Part shown: positions 37,326 to 48,462 of the stretch, in pieces
Layout: each line of letters starts with the position of its first letter
Numbering within the stretch: position 1 is the first letter of the stretch
Source: Promethearchaeota archaeon
Lineage (GTDB): Archaea; Asgardarchaeota; Lokiarchaeia; Sigyniarchaeales; SOKP01
Direction of reading: 5' to 3'
Length of the DNA stretch: 64,000 nt
Assembly: GCA_016839585.1 (NCBI GenBank)
Contig: JAEOTZ010000003.1
Span: forward strand, 27,866-91,865
The notes under the pieces: model-generated
The model's input: only the letters and a program-made list of their open reading frames with translations
Database searches by the model: none
Told to the model about the DNA's origin: nothing
Translations under genes and position numbers: made by a program

Positions 37326-38042
37326 TTAACCTAAGAAAATTATCACAACAATCATTGTAGCTATAAAGGCAAATAACATCTGTAGAATCTTTTTTATAAT
37401 CGATTCATTTGAAATTCTTCCCAAAAATATTCCTAATAAAACAATACAAAAAAATATAACTATAAATGAATAAATAAATGTCATGAAATTTGCATTATTT
37501 ACAAATATAAAGGGAATTAAAGGAATTAAACCTCCTAAAAGTGGTGCAAAACCATTTACTAAAGCAACAAATTTTCCTGCGAAATTCTGAGCTTTTTCAT
37601 GAAGTGTTTTTTTTATTCTTCTTTTTTTACCTTCACTTTTATTAACTTTTATTTCTACTTGACTTAACATTACTTTTTTTAATTCCTCTTCTTGCTTTTT
37701 TATATCAAGATCTTCTTCTATAGTCTCACTTTCGATTATACCCATTGCCATATTTAAATCAGCACGCTTTTTTCTTAGTTCAGCTCTCTCAGAAAGATAA
37801 GATCCAGATACTCCTGAAATAAACATTGATATTGAGGTTCCAATTCCTGGTAATGCAATGTATAAAGAAGGAACAGTAGGCTGGTGAGGATTTTTAAGCA
37901 CTACCACAAAGAATCCTAAGATGATTCCTAAAACTGTTAATGCCCCATCATAAAAATTATTAATAAAATATCTACGTGCAATTTCACTGAAATTTGTTAT
38001 TTGGTTATAAGTATTAATTCTTTTTCTAATTTCAGACAGTAT
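37326..38042 (-). CDS. VIT1/CCC1-family transporter, second copy; probable ATA (38042) or CTG (38039) start
   Basis: The frame upstream of GTG 37907 encodes EIARRYFINNFYDGALTVLG, matching TM1 of the paralog. Also SGVSGSYLSERAE and PLIPFIF. Confidence 0.82.
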   Translation of the reverse strand: MLSEIRKRINTYNQITNFSEIARRYFINNFYDGALTVLGIILGFFVVVLKNPHQPTVPSLYIALPGIGTSISMFISGVSGSYLSERAELRKKRADLNMAMGIIESETIEEDLDIKKQEEELKKVMLSQVEIKVNKSEGKKRRIKKTLHEKAQNFAGKFVALVNGFAPLLGGLIPLIPFIFVNNANFMTFIYSFIVIFFCIVLLGIFLGRISNESIIKKILQMLFAFIATMIVVIIFLG

Positions 38043-38212
38043 TTTTTTTTAACCTTTTATGAAAAAGTTATTAGATTGTATTATAACCTTTATAATAGAA
38101 GATTATAATATTATCTATATAAATTTAATATAATTCTGAAATAAAAACTATTTTTTTTAATGTTTCTTTTATATATTATATCTAAAAATAAAAAACATGA
38201 TACTATAACAAT

Positions 38213-38851
38213 ATGAATAAAATTAAAGAAGAAATCATAACCAGGCTTATTGAGCATTCTAGAATAATTTATTCGGTCATTAGTGATATGGCAGTATATT
38301 TTACCACTTGGGCGGAAGGTTATGAGTCTAATAAAGATAATTTAGAAAAGAAGAAAAATAAAATGCAATTGTCTGAAGAAGATGGAGATTCAATTAAAAT
38401 TCAATTAATTAAAGAGTTTTCAGAGGCAGAAGCTCAAGGGATGGGGGATTACATGACTCTAGTCTTAAGAATGGACAATATTATCAACTACCCTCTTGAA
38501 TTTGTTGATATGCTTCCTAAAATCAAGTTAGAAGGCACAGGAGACAAGGAAATTAAAAAGAGATATAGTAAACTAATAAATAAAATAATAAAAATGACTG
38601 ATGTTTTAAAATCAACAATTAAAAGTCTAAGGGACAATCCAGAAGTAGTATTTAGTAACACAACTACTATCCATGAAATGGAAAATGAAGTTGATATGAT
38701 ATATAGACAGTTTCTGGAATATCTATACTCTAATGAGGATTTAGATATTAGAATTCTCCTTAGAATTCGTGATAGTATCGTTTTACTTGAACAGCTATCA
38801 GATAGAATTCATGACCTGACAGATTTAATTAGAGTTTTGCTTTATCAATAA
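38213..38851 (+). CDS. DUF47 / PhoU-like phosphate transport regulator family protein
   Basis: Duplicated EEDGD...MDNI and ENEVD...EQLSDRIHD helical motifs. Confidence 0.82.
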   Translation: MNKIKEEIITRLIEHSRIIYSVISDMAVYFTTWAEGYESNKDNLEKKKNKMQLSEEDGDSIKIQLIKEFSEAEAQGMGDYMTLVLRMDNIINYPLEFVDMLPKIKLEGTGDKEIKKRYSKLINKIIKMTDVLKSTIKSLRDNPEVVFSNTTTIHEMENEVDMIYRQFLEYLYSNEDLDIRILLRIRDSIVLLEQLSDRIHDLTDLIRVLLYQ

Positions 38852-38973
38852 ATTATTCAGCTTTTTATTAATTAAGTTAATAATAAAAAATCTCGAAATC
38901 TTTTTACGCAAGATTTCCTTTTTTCTCTATAAGGTATTTAATTTTGCTAAATAAATTAGTGAATGTGAAAAAA

Positions 38974-39336
38974 ATGAATGGTAAAAAAAAATTTTACTTA
39001 TTACTTGGTCTGTTTCAAATAATAATAGTATTAACTGTATTCTTTTCTGTTGATGGATTGATATCATACGCTTCTGCTCAAACTGAACCAATAGAATACT
39101 TTAACTCTCCGACTACTATCGCTTTAGCTCTTTCGGCAGCACTTTCTGTTGGCTGTTCAGTCTTAGGAAGTGCATGGGCAATAAAAACAGTAGGTACAGC
39201 AGCAATTTCTGCTCTTACTGAAAGAGAAGAGGCTTTTGGTAAGCTTTTAACATTAGTTGTATTAGCAGAAGCATTAGCAATTTATGGACTAATTGTAGCT
39301 ATACTATTATGGACCAAAATTCCAAGCCCCGTTTAA
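38974..39336 (+). CDS. atpK: A/V-type ATPase proteolipid subunit K (c) with N-terminal hydrophobic extension
   Basis: LAEALAIYGL with the essential Glu in a single hairpin. ATG 38974 is preferred over TTG 38944. Confidence 0.92.
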   Translation: MNGKKKFYLLLGLFQIIIVLTVFFSVDGLISYASAQTEPIEYFNSPTTIALALSAALSVGCSVLGSAWAIKTVGTAAISALTEREEAFGKLLTLVVLAEALAIYGLIVAILLWTKIPSPV

Positions 39337-39361
39337 AATAGAATTTTTTATCAATATCTGG

Positions 39362-40438
39362 GTGTTTTTTACGAGTATTATTGTTCCTCATTATGCATAC
39401 ACGTATATCAAGATAACATTATTAAAACAATTAATAATGGATGAAAGCACCTTAAAAAAATTAAGGGAAACCAATAATATTAAAGATTTTGTGGATTATA
39501 TTAGACCTTATTACCCGGATATTAATATAACAAAAGAAACTATCTCAGAAATTGAAAAAGCTTTGTTTCATATTTATATCAAATTAATTGGGAGAATTTT
39601 ATACTATTCACCTGAACATATGAGAAAGTTTTTAAAAACTTTTCTTTTAAAGTATGAGATTAAAAATATTTTAGAAATTATTATTGGTTCGATAATTGGA
39701 AAGAGTAGAAGAGATAAAGAAAAAAATATCAATTTTTTAGTTGAAGATTATTTAGAAAAAACTGATTTTATAAATGATTTGCTTGAAATGACCTCCTTAG
39801 ATGAGATTCAATTTTTTTTAAAAAATACTAAATATTACACGGCAATACGAGAGGGAATACTCTATTTTAGAAATAACGATGAAATTTTTGTTTTAGAAAC
39901 TTTTTTAGATCGGTTATACTATGAAAATTTAATAAAAAGCGAAGTGTTTTACAAAAAACAAGAAAAAGCGATGATAACTCTCTTTATTGATTATAAAACT
40001 GAAATTTATAATCTAAATATGATTTATAGGGGCATTAGAAATAAAATAGATAAAAACTTATTATCTCAATTTTTAATAAAGAATTATTTATTTCTTAATG
40101 AAGAGAAAATTAAAATTTTATTAAATTCAAAAAACGCTAATGAATTTTTTGTAAAGCTTGAAGAATATTTAAGAAAAATTGATGAATTAAAAATACTTTT
40201 TATACCAATAGTATTAAAAGAAAGGCACTTAAAATGGTCTCTTGAAGGATTGTACCAAAATTATTATTTTAAGAAGTTCCAAATAAAGATTGACGATATT
40301 AGTTATTTGACTATATATAGGATATTAGAATTAATATTAAAAAAAGAAAAAGAAATAATTTTTGATATAATGCCTAATGTTATTAAATTATTACACGACA
40401 AATATGAGATGTTAGAGGAAAAGCATGGAAATATTTAA
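39362..40438 (+). CDS. atpC: A/V-type ATPase subunit C (d/AC39)
   Basis: Size, operon position, and KYEIKNI, ETFLDRLYY and EIYNL..IYR patterns. Confidence 0.8.
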   Translation: MFFTSIIVPHYAYTYIKITLLKQLIMDESTLKKLRETNNIKDFVDYIRPYYPDINITKETISEIEKALFHIYIKLIGRILYYSPEHMRKFLKTFLLKYEIKNILEIIIGSIIGKSRRDKEKNINFLVEDYLEKTDFINDLLEMTSLDEIQFFLKNTKYYTAIREGILYFRNNDEIFVLETFLDRLYYENLIKSEVFYKKQEKAMITLFIDYKTEIYNLNMIYRGIRNKIDKNLLSQFLIKNYLFLNEEKIKILLNSKNANEFFVKLEEYLRKIDELKILFIPIVLKERHLKWSLEGLYQNYYFKKFQIKIDDISYLTIYRILELILKKEKEIIFDIMPNVIKLLHDKYEMLEEKHGNI

Positions 40439-40730
40439 ATGGATAGAGGAAATAGAAAAAGTTTATAAAGATTTAATTGAAAAAGCTAAACAAGAAAGCT
40501 TAAAAGAGATTCAGATTTTAAGTGAAGAACAAGAGAAGCAGATTGAATTATCATTGAAAAGTAAAAGAGAAATTATCAATTCATCATTAAAAAATCTATC
40601 CGAAGCATTAAAAGAAGAAATTAAAAATCTCGAGGATGAATTGGGAAAAATTATCAATAATATTGAAATAAAATTTAAGAAGCATAATGAAAAATTATTA
40701 AATCTAATTAAAGATAAGATAGGATTTTGA
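40425..40730 (+). CDS. A/V-type ATPase subunit H/G (peripheral stalk)
   Basis: 101-aa E/K-rich coiled coil within the operon. Confidence 0.65.
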   Translation: MEIFKWIEEIEKVYKDLIEKAKQESLKEIQILSEEQEKQIELSLKSKREIINSSLKNLSEALKEEIKNLEDELGKIINNIEIKFKKHNEKLLNLIKDKIGF

Positions 40731-41050
40731 TGGTTGATCAGAAAATTCATATACTAGGTTATGATGAGATCGTATTAATGTTAGGTCTTTTAGGAATTGA
40801 AGGTACCACTGTAGAAAATGCTAATGATTTTATGCAAATTTTTAATGATTTAATAAAAAAGCCTACTATAGGGATGATCATTATAGCAATTGACTTACCA
40901 GATGATATTACTGAATTTTTAGTTGATTTTAAATTAAACAATCGAAGACCATTTATTTTTTTCCTTCCAGATTTATTTGAACCCAATATTGAAAAAGAAG
41001 ATGTTCTCATTAATAAAATTCTTAAAATTATAGGAAAATTAATATCTTAA
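40730..41050 (+). CDS. atpF: A/V-type ATPase subunit F
   Basis: KIHILG.DE....LGLLGIEG, IGMIII and P....LPD motifs. Confidence 0.88.
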   Translation: MVDQKIHILGYDEIVLMLGLLGIEGTTVENANDFMQIFNDLIKKPTIGMIIIAIDLPDDITEFLVDFKLNNRRPFIFFLPDLFEPNIEKEDVLINKILKIIGKLIS

Positions 41051-41064
41051 ATAGATGATAAAAA

Positions 41065-41787
41065 ATTTCAGAAGAAAAGGAACTAAAAGAACAATTTGGC
41101 AAATTAGGTTTATATTTAATTGATAAAGCTCAACAGGAAATTAAAGATATAAATCAGAAAATGCTTTTACAAAAGGCAGAGATTAAAAAAAGACATATTG
41201 AGAGAAATATTGAGAGTTCTAAAAGATTAAGGGATCAATTTATTGAAACCCATAATCAATTTTTAAATAATGCATTATCCCAAACACTTTTAAATATAAA
41301 AGAAAGTATTTTAAATCTAAAGAGAAGATTAATCAAAGAATTAAAAATTAGTTTGAAAAACTTAATAAAAGAAAAAATAGATAAAGAGTACTCTTATTAT
41401 ATTACTTCTTTAATTAATAGAATTAAAGAAGTTAGTCCTATTATCGATAAACCACCAAGAGTTACTATATTATTAAATAACACAGATTTTAATTATTTTA
41501 ATGAAAATTTTGCTAAAATAGAGGACATATTTAAGAATGAAGTAGGGATTACAAAAACTGCTACTGATTTTATTGGAGGGTTCAAGGTAATCACTCCAAA
41601 TGAAGATATTCTTTATGATTATTCAATTGATAATTTAATAAGTAAAAAATCTTCTCTAATTGAAATAGAATTTTCAAGAGTGTTCAGCGAATCTGAGGTT
41701 AAAACTTTAGAAAAAGATTTTGAGCAATTTATTCAAAAGAAAAAACTTGATATTGATGAATTTTTAAGAGAATATGACAGAATCTAA
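41065..41787 (+). CDS. atpE: A/V-type ATPase subunit E; probable ATT start at 41065
   Basis: Coiled coil followed by IGGFKV...YDYSIDNL. The frame is open for 32 codons upstream of ATG 41161 (SEEKELKEQFGKLGLYLIDKAQQEI). Confidence 0.82.
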   Translation: MSEEKELKEQFGKLGLYLIDKAQQEIKDINQKMLLQKAEIKKRHIERNIESSKRLRDQFIETHNQFLNNALSQTLLNIKESILNLKRRLIKELKISLKNLIKEKIDKEYSYYITSLINRIKEVSPIIDKPPRVTILLNNTDFNYFNENFAKIEDIFKNEVGITKTATDFIGGFKVITPNEDILYDYSIDNLISKKSSLIEIEFSRVFSESEVKTLEKDFEQFIQKKKLDIDEFLREYDRI

Positions 41788-43621
41788 CAAAAATTTAAAG
41801 AATAGTGATATAGGTTATATATCTGCGATCAATGGTTCATTAATTGAAATAAAAGGATTGGAGCATCAAATAAAACTTCATGACTTAATAAAAATTGTTT
41901 CGTATGGTATTATCGGTGAAGTGATACATATTCATTCAGATCATGTTGTTGCTCAATGTTTTGAAAATCTATATAATTTAAAGTTATTTGAAAAAGTTAT
42001 AAATCTTCATGAACCACTATCTATGGAATTAGCTCCTGGCCTACTGTCAAACATTTTTGATGGAATTCAAAGACCACTAAAAGAAATATTCATAAATTCA
42101 AAGGGTCTAGGTTTTATGGAGAGAGGTATTGAAATTCCTTCCTTATCGAGGAAAAAAAAATGGCATTTTATACCAACAAGTAAATTAGATGAGAAATTAT
42201 CTGGTGGAGATGTTGTTGGTACTGTACAAGAAACCCCATTAATTGAACATAAAATAATGATTCCTCCTCGACATTCTGGTACTCTATCATATATAGTAGA
42301 GGAGGGGGACTATACTATCATTGATGAGATTTACAGGTTAAAGAATAGGAAGAATGAAGTAGCATTAAACATGATGCAGAAATGGCCAGTAACTACAAAT
42401 AGACCTTATTTGAATAGAATTTCTCCCAACCAACCATTATACACAGGAATAAGAACTATTGACTTAATGTTTCCTATAGCAATGGGTGGTACTGTTGCTG
42501 TGCCTGGAGGTTTTGGAACAGGAAAAACAGTAATTCAACAGTCTTTAGCTAAATGGTGTAATGCGGATGTAATAGTGTTTGTCGGATGTGGAGAAAGAGG
42601 TAATGAAATGGCTGACGTTTTAAAAGAATTTACTAAAATAATTGATCCAAAAAGTGGACGTCCTCTATTAGAACGAATAATACTTATAGCTAATACTTCT
42701 AATATGCCAGTATCCGCTCGTGAAGCAAGTATTTTTTCTGGAGTCACAATGGCTGAATATTACAGAGATATGGGATATAATGTTGCTGTTTTGGCAGATA
42801 GTACTTCAAGATGGGCAGAATCATTAAGAGAAATTTCAGGATTATTAGAAGAAATGCCAGCAGAAGAAGGTTATCCTGCATATTTGCCTTCTAAATTATC
42901 AAGTTTTTATGAAAGAGCAGGTGTTGTAAAAACTATTGGAAATAGTGCTTCGGGAAAAGACAATTTAGGCTCTTTAACAATAATCGGTTCTGTATCTCCT
43001 CCTGCAGGAGATTTTAGCGAACCAGTAACTGCAACTACTAAGCGTTTTGTCCAAGCATACTGGGCTTTAGATGCAAACTTAGCCTATTCAAAACATTATC
43101 CCGCAATAAACTGGCTTGATTCATATTCCAATTATCCTGATTACATCTCAGAATGGTATTATGAGCGAGATATTGATTGGCCTGAGATTGATATTGATTG
43201 GTTTGGATGTAGAAATCGTGTTAATGAAATATTGTCAAAAGAGAATGATTTAAAAAATATCACTCAATTAATTGGAGAAGAAAATTTACCAGAAGAACAG
43301 AGATTAATACTTTTTATATCAAGATTAATTAAAGAAGGCTTTCTTCTTCAAAACGCATTTGATAATATTGATAATTATACCGATATTAAAAAATTGTTAG
43401 GACAAATAAAATTAATTCTTTTGCTGAATGATGAAACAAAAGAACTTTTAAAACAAGGCTTTTTTATCGAGGATATAAAGAACTTTGAGGTTATAAATGA
43501 TATTTTAAGAGTTAGTCATTCAGTCCCTAATAATGATTTTGATCAGATTCTAAATATTAAAGTTAAATTGCTTAAAGAAATTCAATCATTAAAATTGACA
43601 TCAGGGGGTATTAAGAGGTAA
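41774..43621 (+). CDS. atpA: A/V-type ATPase catalytic subunit A
   Basis: Walker [32 protein letters not shown] and DSTSRWAE. Confidence 0.97.
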   Translation: MTESNKNLKNSDIGYISAINGSLIEIKGLEHQIKLHDLIKIVSYGIIGEVIHIHSDHVVAQCFENLYNLKLFEKVINLHEPLSMELAPGLLSNIFDGIQRPLKEIFINSKGLGFMERGIEIPSLSRKKKWHFIPTSKLDEKLSGGDVVGTVQETPLIEHKIMIPPRHSGTLSYIVEEGDYTIIDEIYRLKNRKNEVALNMMQKWPVTTNRPYLNRISPNQPLYTGIRTIDLMFPIAMGGTVAVPGGFGTGKTVIQQSLAKWCNADVIVFVGCGERGNEMADVLKEFTKIIDPKSGRPLLERIILIANTSNMPVSAREASIFSGVTMAEYYRDMGYNVAVLADSTSRWAESLREISGLLEEMPAEEGYPAYLPSKLSSFYERAGVVKTIGNSASGKDNLGSLTIIGSVSPPAGDFSEPVTATTKRFVQAYWALDANLAYSKHYPAINWLDSYSNYPDYISEWYYERDIDWPEIDIDWFGCRNRVNEILSKENDLKNITQLIGEENLPEEQRLILFISRLIKEGFLLQNAFDNIDNYTDIKKLLGQIKLILLLNDETKELLKQGFFIEDIKNFEVINDILRVSHSVPNNDFDQILNIKVKLLKEIQSLKLTSGGIKR

Positions 43622-45009
43622 TGAGTGTCATTTATAGAAAAATACAGGAGATTATAGGACCTTTATTATTTTTGTCAAATAATCATGATGTAAAATATGG
43701 TGAGATTGTTAAAATCTATAGCGATGATGGAACAACCCGTAATGGGCAAGTCTTAAAAATGGATGAAGAGATAATTGTTATTGAAGTATTTGAAGATACA
43801 AAAGGTTTATCTTCAGAAAATTCCAATATTTTATTTACAGAAGATTCTTTCAAAATTAAAATATCTGATTTTGATATGTTTGGACGTGTCTTTGATTCAT
43901 TAGGTAAACCAATTGATTTATCTCAAAAATCTCTAAAAGAATCTAATATAATAACAAATATTGAAAAAGATATATATGGAACTCCAATTAATCCATATGC
44001 AAGAGAATATCCTTCAGATGTAATACAGACAGGTATATCAGCAATAGATGGTTTATTCACACTTATAAGGGGACAAAAACTTCCTATATTTAGTGGTCAA
44101 GGATTACCACATAATAAATTAGTTGCTCAAATCGTATCTCAAGCTAAAGTATTAACAGAGGAACCGTTCTTAATAATTTTTTGTGGAATTGGAATTATTC
44201 AAGATGAAGCAATTTTTTTCTTAAATCGCTTTAAAGAGAGTGGAAATATTCAAAATATTATTTCATTTATTAATTTTGCTGACGATCCTGTTATTGAAAG
44301 ATTAATAATTCCAAGGGTTGCTTTAACAACAGCTGAATATTTTGCTTTTGAAAAAGAAATGCATGTACTTGTTGTTCTAACTGATATAACCAATTACGCA
44401 GAAGCTTTAAGAGAGTTGAGTTCTGCTAAAGAAGAAATACCAAGTAGAAAAGGATATCCCGGGTATTTATATTCTGATCTCGCTTCAATTTACGAAAGAA
44501 CTGGTAAAATAAAAGGGAAAAAAGGATCAATCACGCAAATTCCAGTTTTAACAATGCCGTCGGATTCGATAACTCACCCCGTACCTGATACTACGGGTTA
44601 TATAACTGAGGGGCAGTTAGTTCTTAATCGTAATTTAAACAAGAAAGGGATTTACCCTCCAATTGAAGTTTTGGCTTCAATATCAAGGCTAATGAAGGAT
44701 GGTATTGGTAAAAAAACAACAAGAGAGGATCACGCAGATGTAAGCTCTCAATTATTATCGTCATATTCTGATTATCTCGATGTAAAAGATCTTATATCAA
44801 TCGTTGGTGAGGAAGGACTTAATTTTGAGCAAAAAGCTCTTTTGAAATTTGGAGATGATTTTGAGCAGAAATTTTTAAATCAACAAAGAAATGAGAATCG
44901 TAATTTTTCCCAAACTTTATCTATAGCATGGAAAATTTTATCTGATTTGCCAAAGAGTCAGTTATTTAGAATACATGACCATTTTATGAATAAATATTAT
45001 ATTGATTAG
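43621..45009 (+). CDS. atpB: A/V-type ATPase subunit B
   Basis: [35 protein letters not shown] and GYITEGQ motifs. Confidence 0.97.
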   Translation: MSVIYRKIQEIIGPLLFLSNNHDVKYGEIVKIYSDDGTTRNGQVLKMDEEIIVIEVFEDTKGLSSENSNILFTEDSFKIKISDFDMFGRVFDSLGKPIDLSQKSLKESNIITNIEKDIYGTPINPYAREYPSDVIQTGISAIDGLFTLIRGQKLPIFSGQGLPHNKLVAQIVSQAKVLTEEPFLIIFCGIGIIQDEAIFFLNRFKESGNIQNIISFINFADDPVIERLIIPRVALTTAEYFAFEKEMHVLVVLTDITNYAEALRELSSAKEEIPSRKGYPGYLYSDLASIYERTGKIKGKKGSITQIPVLTMPSDSITHPVPDTTGYITEGQLVLNRNLNKKGIYPPIEVLASISRLMKDGIGKKTTREDHADVSSQLLSSYSDYLDVKDLISIVGEEGLNFEQKALLKFGDDFEQKFLNQQRNENRNFSQTLSIAWKILSDLPKSQLFRIHDHFMNKYYID

Positions 45010-45669
45010 GTGTTAAATATCAGCTTTAGAAAAATTAGAATTACAAAAACAAATCTTATAAATTTGCAAAAAAAATTAAATTTTGCATTAAAAGGTGAGA
45101 ATTTTTTAGAATATAAGAGAGAACAATTAATACAACAAATAAGGAAATTATGGCTTGATTATACACTAAGTAGAAATAATTTTTTAGCAATCTTTAGAAA
45201 ATCTATGATTAAATTAAATCAAACATATAAAGAAATGGGTAAACGAGATTTTATTTTAATTAGTGGTATTAGTAAAATCCAAATGAAACCAGTCATTAAT
45301 ATTAAATACGTTAAAGAATTAGGAATTTTCAATCCTAAAATAGATTATAGTTTGATGCATAAACAACAGTTACCTGCATATTCATTTGAATACACAAGCC
45401 ATTTTTTAGATGATTTAATTATTCTTTTAAAAGAGTTTTTCGAAAGGCTTTTTCTTTTAGCAGAAAAAGAAGATTATTTACTAAAAAATGCAATGAATTT
45501 TAAAAAAATAAACCGTCGATTAAATGGTTTAAAAAATATTATAATTCCTAAACTTGAATTTGATATCAAAGATATAAAAGGAAAATTAGAAGAAATAGAT
45601 AGAGAAAGTTTCGTTCGGTTAAAAAAAACTAAGGATTTGATTTACAAGAAAGGATATAGTGAGAGTTAA
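45010..45669 (+). CDS. atpD: A/V-type ATPase subunit D
   Basis: TKTNLI...LEYKRE and RRLNGLKNIIIP...LEEIDRESFVRLKK motifs. Confidence 0.93.
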   Translation: MLNISFRKIRITKTNLINLQKKLNFALKGENFLEYKREQLIQQIRKLWLDYTLSRNNFLAIFRKSMIKLNQTYKEMGKRDFILISGISKIQMKPVINIKYVKELGIFNPKIDYSLMHKQQLPAYSFEYTSHFLDDLIILLKEFFERLFLLAEKEDYLLKNAMNFKKINRRLNGLKNIIIPKLEFDIKDIKGKLEEIDRESFVRLKKTKDLIYKKGYSES

Positions 45670-45681
45670 AGGTTATTTATT

Positions 45682-47943
45682 ATGAGGCAAAAAAGTCAGA
45701 TGAGTCTGTTGAAGGTTACTATAAACAGTAGTTTAGAAGATCTTTTATTAAATCAACTTTCTAAAATTAATACTGTACATATAAAACCATTGTCTAAAAC
45801 TAAAAAAAAGATAAAAGAAAAAGATCCGATATTAGAAAAAATAAAGCAACTAAGACAAAGTCTAGACAGTTTATTTAAAAAATTACAAATTAGTGCATAT
45901 AATTTCCTAGAATTAAAAGTTAAAAAAGATGAGAGAACACATTTCGCTGTAAAAGATTTAAAAGAATTAATTAATCATACTACTGAAGAAATTAATTTCT
46001 ACTTAAATCGTATTAACGAATTAGACAGATATATAGCGAGAGCTAAAATTGAATTAGAGAATGTAAATTTTCTAGAAAAAAGCTATCAAATTTTAGAGAA
46101 ATTAAATATTACAAGAAATAGTTTAACAACCTTTAATCAACTCGAATTTAAAATATTTACAACTTTTACTAAGAATATAGAAAATCTAGAAACTCTTTTT
46201 GATTTTTCTTCAATTCCTAACATTTATAAAACTTATAATCTCTCAGAGGATAGATTAGTATTTTTTATTATTTATCCAAAAGATAAGGAACAAGATTTAA
46301 TCGAACGAATAAATCTTATCCATGCAGAAGAAATCCCAATATTGAAAAAATATTTGACAAATGAGGGTGTAAATTTCACTAGAATTAATAAAGAACTAAT
46401 TATGATCGAAAATACCTTAAGAAAATATGAAAAAGAAAAAAATCAGATAAGAGATGATAATTTACTTAAATTTGCTGCCATTGATGAGATTATTCAAAAT
46501 ATTGAAGAGTATAATTGGGCAGAACATCAATTTGAAGTTATATCATCTGATAGACTAAGTCTTAGATTTTTTATGCCAATTAATAAAAAAAAGGAAGTAG
46601 AACAAGAATTAATCAAAAAATTTAAAGATAAAATTATAATAGAATCAATAGATATACCAAAAGACCGTTCTATTAACGAAAAGAAAAAAATTTCACCTGA
46701 AGTAGAAAAGAAGATATTAAAAAGAGAACTTGAATTAACTGATCAAAAGGATCAGTTGAAAGAGAAGAAGAATGAAGAAGAGGATTTAAGAAATGAAGCA
46801 CCAACTATTATGAAAAACTTTTTCTTGTTTAGACCCTTTGAAATCTTAACAAAAATGTATGGTACTCCTGCATATTCCGAAATTGATCCAACTCCTTTCT
46901 TATTTTTTACTTTTCCTCTCTTATTTGGCTTAATGTTCGGAGATATTGGACATGGTTTATGTTTAATTATAGCTGGGATTATAGGTGGAATTTTTATTAA
47001 AAAAAGCAATATTCGAAAAATGAGTTGGGTCATATTTTACTGTGGTTGGGGTGCTGTTATCGGTGGTTTTTTATATGGAGCATTTTTCGGATCAGAGGAA
47101 ATTTTTGGGATGCCTCTTGAACCATATATTATTCCCTTCATAAATATCAGTTTAAACAACCCTATGCAGAATGTAATAATTATATTTAAGGTCGCCGTTA
47201 TAATTGGGGTAATCCAATTGAATTTAGGTTGGTTTATTCAATTTTTAAATTATTGGAAGCACAGAAGAAAATATATTGCTATAGCAGATTCTTTAATGAA
47301 AATTTTTCTATTGACGGGAGGAACTTATTTAGTTTTTACTTGGGGATTTGATATCAATACTTGGATGGAACCCCCTTATCCAATACTCTGGACCTTGATT
47401 CCAGGTATTTTGCTAATTATATTAAAGCCAATGGGGAGACTAATAGGGATAACTTATTTAAGAGAGGAATCTTTTGGTGGTTTGATGGGCGAAGGTACAA
47501 TTGAAGCATTTGAAACTGTATTGTCTGTTATGAGTAATGTCGCTTCTTATATTCGATTATTAGCATTAGCATTAGCGCATATTGCTTTATTGATCTCTAT
47601 TCAAGCAATGGTAGACTTACTTCATGGAGAAGGAGTACTTATCGAAACATTTAGAGTTATAGGACTGATCCTCGGTAATGCTGTAGTAATTTTAATCGAA
47701 GGTTTACTGGTTTTCATAAACTCTATTAGATTAACTTTTTATGAGTTTTTCTCGAAATTTTTTCAAGGTTCAGGTACTGAATTCTTTCCATTCTATATGG
47801 ATGCTAATTTTTCAGTAATAATTTTTCAAACTGAGGCTGAAAAAGATGTGATATTCGAAGAAATAGAAAAAGAAATAGAGACTAAGAAAACTAAAGAGGA
47901 TTTAGAAGAAGCCATACAATATATCTCTGATAAATTTCTTTAA
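45682..47943 (+). CDS. atpI: A/V-type ATPase subunit I (a)
   Basis: PT..KN, YGTPAYSEIDPTP, FGLMFGDIGHG, SYIRLLALALAH (essential Arg) and RLTFYEFFSKF. Confidence 0.96.
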   Translation: MRQKSQMSLLKVTINSSLEDLLLNQLSKINTVHIKPLSKTKKKIKEKDPILEKIKQLRQSLDSLFKKLQISAYNFLELKVKKDERTHFAVKDLKELINHTTEEINFYLNRINELDRYIARAKIELENVNFLEKSYQILEKLNITRNSLTTFNQLEFKIFTTFTKNIENLETLFDFSSIPNIYKTYNLSEDRLVFFIIYPKDKEQDLIERINLIHAEEIPILKKYLTNEGVNFTRINKELIMIENTLRKYEKEKNQIRDDNLLKFAAIDEIIQNIEEYNWAEHQFEVISSDRLSLRFFMPINKKKEVEQELIKKFKDKIIIESIDIPKDRSINEKKKISPEVEKKILKRELELTDQKDQLKEKKNEEEDLRNEAPTIMKNFFLFRPFEILTKMYGTPAYSEIDPTPFLFFTFPLLFGLMFGDIGHGLCLIIAGIIGGIFIKKSNIRKMSWVIFYCGWGAVIGGFLYGAFFGSEEIFGMPLEPYIIPFINISLNNPMQNVIIIFKVAVIIGVIQLNLGWFIQFLNYWKHRRKYIAIADSLMKIFLLTGGTYLVFTWGFDINTWMEPPYPILWTLIPGILLIILKPMGRLIGITYLREESFGGLMGEGTIEAFETVLSVMSNVASYIRLLALALAHIALLISIQAMVDLLHGEGVLIETFRVIGLILGNAVVILIEGLLVFINSIRLTFYEFFSKFFQGSGTEFFPFYMDANFSVIIFQTEAEKDVIFEEIEKEIETKKTKEDLEEAIQYISDKFL

Positions 47944-47989
47944 TTTAAAATTATAATCATATCCCTCAAAGTTAATTAAATTTAAATAT

Positions 47990-48433
47990 ATGACAAATGT
48001 AAATAATAAAGAGAGAAAAATTTCTCAGAATGGAATGATTATTCGGTTTCTCATATTAATTTTTTATATTGTGATTCTTATCTATATTTATTTTCTACTA
48101 AAAAAAATCGGTATAAATCCATTAATTTCTATCTTAATCCTCTTTTTTGCATTCATCTTTGTACTTGGGCCATTAATTAGCACTACTAAGGCAAGTTTTT
48201 ATTCCCGATTATTCCCTAAAAAAGATAAGAAACTTATATCTAGTTATGAAGAACATAAGAAATTTTATAAAACAGAATCTGAAAAAATTAAACCTCAAGA
48301 GAGAAAAATAAAACTAGTAAATCTAAACTTTAAATATCGAAAACCTATAATTCGTAAATGTGACAAATGTGGAATTATTGTCCCAAATTTTGTTAATAAA
48401 TGTCCTGCATGTGGCAATGTAATCAAAGATTAA
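47990..48433 (+). CDS. 2-TM protein with C-terminal zinc ribbon
   Basis: Two hydrophobic helices and CDKCG..CPACG. Confidence 0.7.
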   Translation: MTNVNNKERKISQNGMIIRFLILIFYIVILIYIYFLLKKIGINPLISILILFFAFIFVLGPLISTTKASFYSRLFPKKDKKLISSYEEHKKFYKTESEKIKPQERKIKLVNLNFKYRKPIIRKCDKCGIIVPNFVNKCPACGNVIKD

Positions 48434-48462
48434 ACTATTTATATGTTAGAAATAAGATTTAT

